Origin: a virus
Taxonomy: Duplodnaviria; Caudoviricetes
IMG/VR virus record: IMGVR_UViG_3300044878_000186
Span: 1-32,044 of that record
Length of the DNA: 32,044 bases
Strand: one strand, 5' to 3'
Of the stretch, positions 27,316 to 32,044 are shown one piece after another. The position numbers were made by a program, and so were the translations under genes. The notes beneath the pieces were generated by a model. The model ran no database searches. It had not been told where the DNA came from and saw nothing but the letters and a program-made list of their open reading frames with translations. How positions within the stretch are numbered: the stretch's first letter is position 1; the number at the start of each line of letters is the position of its first letter.

Positions 27316-27972
27316 ATGGACACGTCGTGCGTAATGGCTAAGAATGCGCTCAAATCTCTCGCTTCATTCGCTGGGATCGTTAGCGTGCAAGAAGCTATCT
27401 CACTGCTGAACCCGAGTCGCTTGTGGACTCGCTCTGAAGTGCTCTCCCGCCCTTGCCCTGTGCCAAGGGAACCTGGTGTCTATGCCTGGTATTTCCGTTG
27501 CATTCCGCCTGGAGTTCCGACGAGCGGGTGCCACACCTACCAAGATCTCACGCTCCTCTACACCGGAATTTCTCCTCGCCATCCTCCTGCCAACGGACAA
27601 CCTCCGTCCAAGCAAAGCCTGCTTCATCGCGTGCGATACCACTTCCGCGGCAACGCGGAGGGTTCCACGCTCAGACTCACTCTTGGCTGCCTTCTTGCGG
27701 AAGAACTTGGAATCGAGTTGCGCCGCGTTGGGAGCGGATTCCGAATGACGTTCAGTTCGGGTGAGATGAGGCTGTCGGAGTGGCTTGAAGAAAACGCCTT
27801 CGTCACCTGGTGCCCGCACCCAGCGCCCTGGGTGTTAGAGGAACACATGATTTGCACTTTTTCGCTACCGCTCAACCTTGATCAGAATAGGCGGCATGCA
27901 TTCCATCAAACGCTTTCGGAAGTCCGGCGGACCGCCAAGGCCAAGGCGCGGGAACTGCCGATTATTCGCTAA
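27316..27972 (+). CDS. GIY-YIG nuclease family protein
   Basis: PGVYAW...LLYTGIS, L..R...H, STLR.TLG.LL, E..MI....PLN motifs; true start may be a few codons downstream. Confidence 0.82.
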   Translation: MDTSCVMAKNALKSLASFAGIVSVQEAISLLNPSRLWTRSEVLSRPCPVPREPGVYAWYFRCIPPGVPTSGCHTYQDLTLLYTGISPRHPPANGQPPSKQSLLHRVRYHFRGNAEGSTLRLTLGCLLAEELGIELRRVGSGFRMTFSSGEMRLSEWLEENAFVTWCPHPAPWVLEEHMICTFSLPLNLDQNRRHAFHQTLSEVRRTAKAKARELPIIR

Positions 27973-28050
27973 CAGGTCAATCGATTCGGACATCCTATCG
28001 ACTGGCTTTGTCAGCTTTCTGACCGCCGGTCATTTCCAAACTTAGTCATC

Positions 28051-28110
28051 GTCCGCAACGGGTTGTTTTCTGTCCTTCGCGAAAGGCAGAAATCGGCCAG
28101 AAGCCATTCA
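28051..28110 (+). repeat. Two tandem palindromic units (34-bp period)
   Basis: 28051-28099 matches 29788-29836 at 39/49 positions without gaps (hand count). Confidence 0.8.
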
Positions 28111-28206
28111 GTGCGCGTTCTCGAGAGTAAATTCGAAATGGACAAACCCTCGTGGCGCGCTATGGTCCATTGATGCTCGATTCGGCTGCATATTAAAGGC
28201 AGAGGA

Positions 28207-28977
28207 ATGGACTTCACTCATAGCTTCATGCAGGTTTGGGATGCTCTTCGCTGGTTTATCCCGCTATTACTGCTAATCAGTCTACTGAAGTTACTCTGGG
28301 CCAAGGGGCACAGGGGCGAGCTCCTGGTACGTCTGTACGCCAGATGTCTACTGGACAAGCATACCTACCGTCGCACGCACAACATCACGCTGAATACGAT
28401 CGATGGCACCACCCAGATTGACCATGTATTCCTGTCTCCCTACGGCATCTTCGTTGTGGAGACCAAGAATAAACGTGGCTGGATATTCGGTAACGAAAGG
28501 CAATCGCAGTGGACACAGAAGTTGTATAAAAAGACATTCACATTCCAGAACCCACTGCGGCAGAACTACAAACATCTCAAGGCTCTGCAGGCCACTCTCG
28601 GCGTCGGACCGGAACATCTGCACTCGGTTGTCACTTTTGTTGGCGCAAGCACCTTCAAATCCGAGATGCCCGCCAATGTCACCCAGGGTAGTGGCTTCAT
28701 TCGTTACATCAAGTCATTCAAGCAGCCGGTATTCACTGATGCTGAAGTTGAAGCACTTGTGCAAGCTCTGCAACGCGGCCGGCGCCCGCCAGGTCCGGCC
28801 ACCCACCGTGAACATGTACAAAACCTCAAGCGCCGCAATGATCCAACAGCCGAGCGCAAGTGCCCAAAATGTGGCAGTGCATTACTCATTCGCACCGTGA
28901 AGTCCGGCCCGAATGCTGGGCAACAGTTCTGGGGCTGTTCGGCGTTTCCCAAGTGCCGAGTGACGCAGAGGCTCTAG
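28207..28977 (+). CDS. NERD nuclease domain protein with C-terminal topoisomerase-type C4 zinc ribbon
   Basis: N-terminal TM, KG..GE, QIDH, GIFVVETKN, NPLRQN.KH, CPKCG...FWGCS.FPKC. Confidence 0.88.
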   Translation: MDFTHSFMQVWDALRWFIPLLLLISLLKLLWAKGHRGELLVRLYARCLLDKHTYRRTHNITLNTIDGTTQIDHVFLSPYGIFVVETKNKRGWIFGNERQSQWTQKLYKKTFTFQNPLRQNYKHLKALQATLGVGPEHLHSVVTFVGASTFKSEMPANVTQGSGFIRYIKSFKQPVFTDAEVEALVQALQRGRRPPGPATHREHVQNLKRRNDPTAERKCPKCGSALLIRTVKSGPNAGQQFWGCSAFPKCRVTQRL

Positions 28978-29084
28978 TGGGCGCATGAGTATGGGGTGGC
29001 AGACATGGCCGGTTACGGATGCGGTCATTGCCCGGTGCCGATAGAATCCTACCGACATGACTCTTCTCTGACTTGGGCATCTGT

Positions 29085-29741
29085 ATGCACTTCGATAAAT
29101 TACTGGCACGTTCGGCCATGCTTGAGGACCGGCTTGTCGGCTTTTTCGCCCTGCCTTTAGTCGATGCTTCCAGCCGCCTTCAGACAACCCAAACGCTAGC
29201 TAGTCTAGGATTTGAGCACGCCCGGAGCCTGAAGCATCTGGTAGCAGCAGGGCTGTACACCTCTGCTGCTGCACTGCTACGAGTACAGTACGAATCACTA
29301 GTTCGCGCACTTTGGGTGCTTTATGTAGCCAAGGACGGCCAGGTGGATTTGATGCTTGCTGATCTCACACAAGAGACGGCAATGCAGGCAAGCAAAATTC
29401 CTATGCTCAGCCAAATGTTGGAGGAGATTGAGGTGAAAGCTCCGCACGCTCCGGTAGCTCACCTAAAGGAGTTTAAGCACTACTCTTGGAGACCTTTGAG
29501 CTCCTACGTGCATGGAGGTATCCATGCAGTTAATCGTCACGGAAGGGGGTTTCCACCAGAGCTGGTTTTAACAGAGGTCCAGCTCTCGAATGGTCTGCTC
29601 GGAATCGCAGGCAATCTGCTTCTGATCCTGAGTGGTGTACCGCAGGAGGCAGGAACTATGGTGGGCATCTACACGGAGTTCCAAGACTGTTTCCCTGTGA
29701 ATAACCCACCATACAAGCATACGGCCGAGCCGGCTCATTGA
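29085..29741 (+). CDS. Helical HEPN-like protein (DUF6988/DUF5677-like)
   Basis: LLR.QYE.LVRA.W and LSSYVHGG motifs; family assignment from memory. Confidence 0.55.
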   Translation: MHFDKLLARSAMLEDRLVGFFALPLVDASSRLQTTQTLASLGFEHARSLKHLVAAGLYTSAAALLRVQYESLVRALWVLYVAKDGQVDLMLADLTQETAMQASKIPMLSQMLEEIEVKAPHAPVAHLKEFKHYSWRPLSSYVHGGIHAVNRHGRGFPPELVLTEVQLSNGLLGIAGNLLLILSGVPQEAGTMVGIYTEFQDCFPVNNPPYKHTAEPAH

Positions 29742-29753
29742 CCGTTCAGAACA

Positions 29754-29850
29754 GTCAGTTTTCGGCCATTTGCAGTCTTTAGTGAACGGCAGCAATGGGT
29801 CGGTTGCTGCCCTTGGTGACAGGCAGAAATCGGCCATCAGCAGCCATTCA
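29754..29850 (+). repeat. Three tandem palindromic units (34-bp period)
   Basis: Units start at 29754, 29788 and 29822; the middle one is GGCAGCAAT-GGGTCG-GTTGCTGCC. Confidence 0.8.
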
Positions 29851-29947
29851 AACGTGACTACGAAACCCGGGGCAACTCACCTGTTGGTTATTTAAATCAC
29901 ATCTCCAGGGTTCCACTTTCTGGGTTTTTGGTACCAAATTGCCACAT

Positions 29948-30814
29948 TTACTTAGAATTCAGTCTGAACTCCAGCGCTGCCTGACTTGGGTGGTCTGACT
30001 CGCTTTCCGGAAGGGCCAGGGGTTTTCCATCCAGCGAAGCGTACTCGCTGCATGTTTTCAGACGATCCGAGGTTCGAATCGACAAACTCGTTGGCTCGAT
30101 CCAGATCAGCCCCAGATCGAACAGGGTGTGAATGTCAGCTCGTAGGAGCAGCCCGTTGGAGACCACGTCCGTCTCGTCTCCTTGGTAAGGATGGATGTGC
30201 GCGGCCTCAAGTACCGGCTCGAGTTCGCATCCCGTCATGGCACAACTACCTTTGTAGGCTTTCAGCAACATCTTCCTAAACCGAGCTTGGCCGCGTCGCT
30301 GAACGATGGAGGCGAAAATCCGCTCGCGTGAGTCTGTGACGTCCGCAGGGTTGAACGCGCCTTGGGCGTCCAGTTTCCGCTCCATCTCATTGAGAACAGC
30401 GTCGTAGCTCTCGGTGCGATCGCGTTTTAAAATGAAGGCGGTAGGCTTCGAGCCAGAAGCATCATCATATTTGAAAGCTCCCTCATATCGGAAACCCGCG
30501 CCGAAGTATTCTTTATTCGTCCGGCGATGAAAGACCAGCAGCTCCAGCCCATGGTCCTTATGGTTAAGAATGAGGTCGTCTGTTCGTCCCCGGAGCTGCC
30601 CCTCCATGCGCAGCGTGTCGCCCGTAAGGGTATCAACATACGGGGTCCGGTCAGGTGTTTTCTGCTCCGTCACAAATAACCAAACCGAATCGTATCCCTT
30701 GGGGCGAAATATGCCGTTATTGACGGTGGCGTCTTTGATCTCGAAAAGTTTGATGAGATCCTTTCTTGTGTAGATCGCACCTGGCTTGAGCCGTACAGAT
30801 GATAGGTTTTCCAT
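29948..30814 (-). CDS. HNH endonuclease with N-terminal SRA/PUA-like domain (putative modification-dependent restriction enzyme)
   Basis: RRGQ..FR..LL..Y...CA.TG, LEAAHI.PY, NGLLLRADIH.LFD; N-terminal G..YTR, GIF, LFVT, Y.D, FRYEG pattern. Confidence 0.8.
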   Translation of the reverse strand: MENLSSVRLKPGAIYTRKDLIKLFEIKDATVNNGIFRPKGYDSVWLFVTEQKTPDRTPYVDTLTGDTLRMEGQLRGRTDDLILNHKDHGLELLVFHRRTNKEYFGAGFRYEGAFKYDDASGSKPTAFILKRDRTESYDAVLNEMERKLDAQGAFNPADVTDSRERIFASIVQRRGQARFRKMLLKAYKGSCAMTGCELEPVLEAAHIHPYQGDETDVVSNGLLLRADIHTLFDLGLIWIEPTSLSIRTSDRLKTCSEYASLDGKPLALPESESDHPSQAALEFRLNSK

Positions 30815-31048
30815 ATGGTTTCCAGTTCTTTTGATTGATCATCAAAAGCCAGTGTAGTGGGCAATTAGTCCCGGACGCTGCATCGGCAATCGTGTCAATA
30901 CATCAGTCAGATACGCACACCCATTTGCCATCACCGCGTCCACCGTCGACGTTTGGCGAATCCCGCCATTAAGAATGGCGTCCGCATTCAGTGTCCGGAC
31001 TGGAGCCTGCCTTCGATCAGAAAGATCGGTGCCCCTTTTGCCGTGCAG

Positions 31049-31081
31049 TTGCGGAACGCCTTCAAAAATATTGCGGAACGC
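31049..31081 (+). repeat. Direct repeat TTGCGGAACGC x2; candidate integrase arm sites
   Basis: Exact 11-mers at 31049 and 31071 (22-bp period), about 60 bp from the tRNA-Cys 3' end. Confidence 0.6.
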
Positions 31082-31100
31082 TTCACTTTCCCGCAGGCAA

Positions 31101-31132
31101 TAAAAAACCCCGTAGATCGCTGATCTACGGGG
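31101..31132 (-). terminator. Rho-independent terminator of the tRNA operon
   Basis: CCCCGTAGATC-N3-GATCTACGGGG followed by TTTTTT on the minus strand. Confidence 0.85.
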
Positions 31133-31142
31133 CTATTTATAG

Positions 31143-31216
31143 TGGAGGCCGAGGTCGGAATCGAACCGGCGTAGGCGGATTTGCAATCCGCTGCATAACC
31201 ATTTTGCTACTCGGCC
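31143..31216 (-). tRNA. tRNA-Cys (GCA)
   Basis: 74 nt, GGCCGAG acceptor stem, anticodon loop TTGCAAA, TTCGATT T-loop, CCA end. Confidence 0.96.
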
Positions 31217-31262
31217 TCAAAACATTTGGTATCTAGTAGCGCGACATCAAATGCGTAAAACT

Positions 31263-31338
<76 letters not shown>

Positions 31339-31401
31339 GTCTTGGTGTGGCGCATTCTATAGAATCCAGAAGCCCCGTCAACCCTTTGATTCAAAAAAGT
31401 T

Positions 31402-31962
31402 TTATTTCTTTTCAACGTCGGTCTTCAGATGTGGCCAGGCAGCCCGCAGGTACTGGACCATCGACCACAAAGTCAGGCCAGCCGACACCATCAGCAAGGT
31501 GTAACCCAGCAAGACCCAGAAACTGAAATCCTTGGTATTGGCCAGCAGGATCACCAGCGCCAGCATTTGCGCGGCGGTTTTCCATTTGCCCAGGTTCGAC
31601 ACGGCGACGTGGGCACGAGCGCCCAGTTCGGCCATCCATTCGCGCAGTGCCGAGACGACGATCTCTCGACCGATGATCACGGCAGCAGGCAGTGTGAGCC
31701 ACAGGTTTCCGTGTTCCTGCACCAACAGTACCAGTGCAACCGCTACCATCAGCTTGTCGGCAACCGGATCGAGAAAAGCCCCGAACGGTGTGCTCTGTTC
31801 CAGGCGGCGGGCCAGGTACCCGTCCAGCCAGTCGGTGGCGGCAGCGAATGCGAAGACCGAGGCGGATGCCAGGTAGCTCCACTGGTAAGGCAGGTAGAAC
31901 AGCAAAATGAAGATTGGTATGAGCAGAACGCGTAGAACGGTAATCAGATTAGGGATATTCAT
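31402..31962 (-). CDS. pgsA: CDP-diacylglycerol--glycerol-3-phosphate 3-phosphatidyltransferase
   Basis: PNLIT..R and D.LDG.LAR......[11 protein letters not shown] signature; uvrC-pgsA-tRNA-Gly synteny. Confidence 0.97.
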   Translation of the reverse strand: MNIPNLITVLRVLLIPIFILLFYLPYQWSYLASASVFAFAAATDWLDGYLARRLEQSTPFGAFLDPVADKLMVAVALVLLVQEHGNLWLTLPAAVIIGREIVVSALREWMAELGARAHVAVSNLGKWKTAAQMLALVILLANTKDFSFWVLLGYTLLMVSAGLTLWSMVQYLRAAWPHLKTDVEKK

Positions 31963-31994
31963 CGGCACAACTGGCTACGAGGTGAGGGGGCATT

Positions 31995-32044
31995 CTACTC
32001 GCTGTGCAGATTTGCATAAATCAACTCTGCGAGCTTTTTACTGA
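31995..32044 (-). CDS. uvrC: Excinuclease ABC subunit C, 3' end (partial)
   Basis: SKKLAELIYANLHSE* resembles the UvrC HhH C-terminus; expected upstream of pgsA. Confidence 0.7.
   Translation of the reverse strand, partial: SKKLAELIYANLHSE

Larger units (their letters stand above)
1..31145. mobile_element. Prophage (lambda-like head, P2/R-pyocin-like contractile tail), continues beyond the left edge
   Basis: Contiguous tail, head, packaging, replication, immunity and integrase modules ending at the 3' end of tRNA-Cys. The other att copy is not in the window, so the right boundary is inferred. Confidence 0.92.

Noticed and set aside
27960-28110. Classical integron attC after the GIY-YIG stop (CTAAC)
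   Set aside because: No proper RYYYAAC/GTTRRRY pair or long attC stem; the integrase looks phage-type and has an excisionase-like partner.
29754-29850. 34-bp periodic units as a CRISPR or guide-RNA array
   Set aside because: Only 2-3 degenerate units per cluster, about 10-bp linkers, and no cas or other recognisable RNA-guided effector gene in the window.
30960-31000. Further repeat unit or hairpin (CGCCATT-AAG-AATGGCG; GTCCGC...CCGGAC) between HNH and att
   Set aside because: Spacing and core do not fit the 24-bp unit; short hairpins like this are expected by chance.
31143-31175. C-A mismatch in the tRNA-Cys T-stem as an integration scar
   Set aside because: As far as I recall this matches the native Pseudomonas tRNA-Cys; it cannot be attributed to the phage without the empty-site sequence.

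Overview
High-GC Pseudomonas-type chromosomal window. It holds about 31 kb of a temperate prophage, apparently integrated at the 3' end of tRNA-Cys in the host uvrC-pgsA-tRNA-Gly-tRNA-Cys locus at the right end. From right to left: host genes; candidate att with arm-type repeats; a 3.8-kb accessory block between att and integrase (GIY-YIG, NERD/Zn-ribbon, HEPN-like and SRA-like/HNH genes, with directly oriented degenerate 24-bp palindromic units in the spacers); integrase/excisionase; early genes (PrtN-like, ANT); an AT-rich putative abortive-infection gene; a cI/cro switch with readable operators; CII, TraR/DksA, primase-helicase and a mirror-symmetric iteron region; a Q-like regulator, holin and lambda-like cos; lambda-like head genes; and a P2/R-pyocin-like contractile tail. 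The tape-measure gene at the left edge has an in-frame amber stop. Protein calls are from motif recognition and gene order, not database searches. The strongest candidate for an undescribed system is the repeat-punctuated, cassette-like nuclease array next to the integrase.
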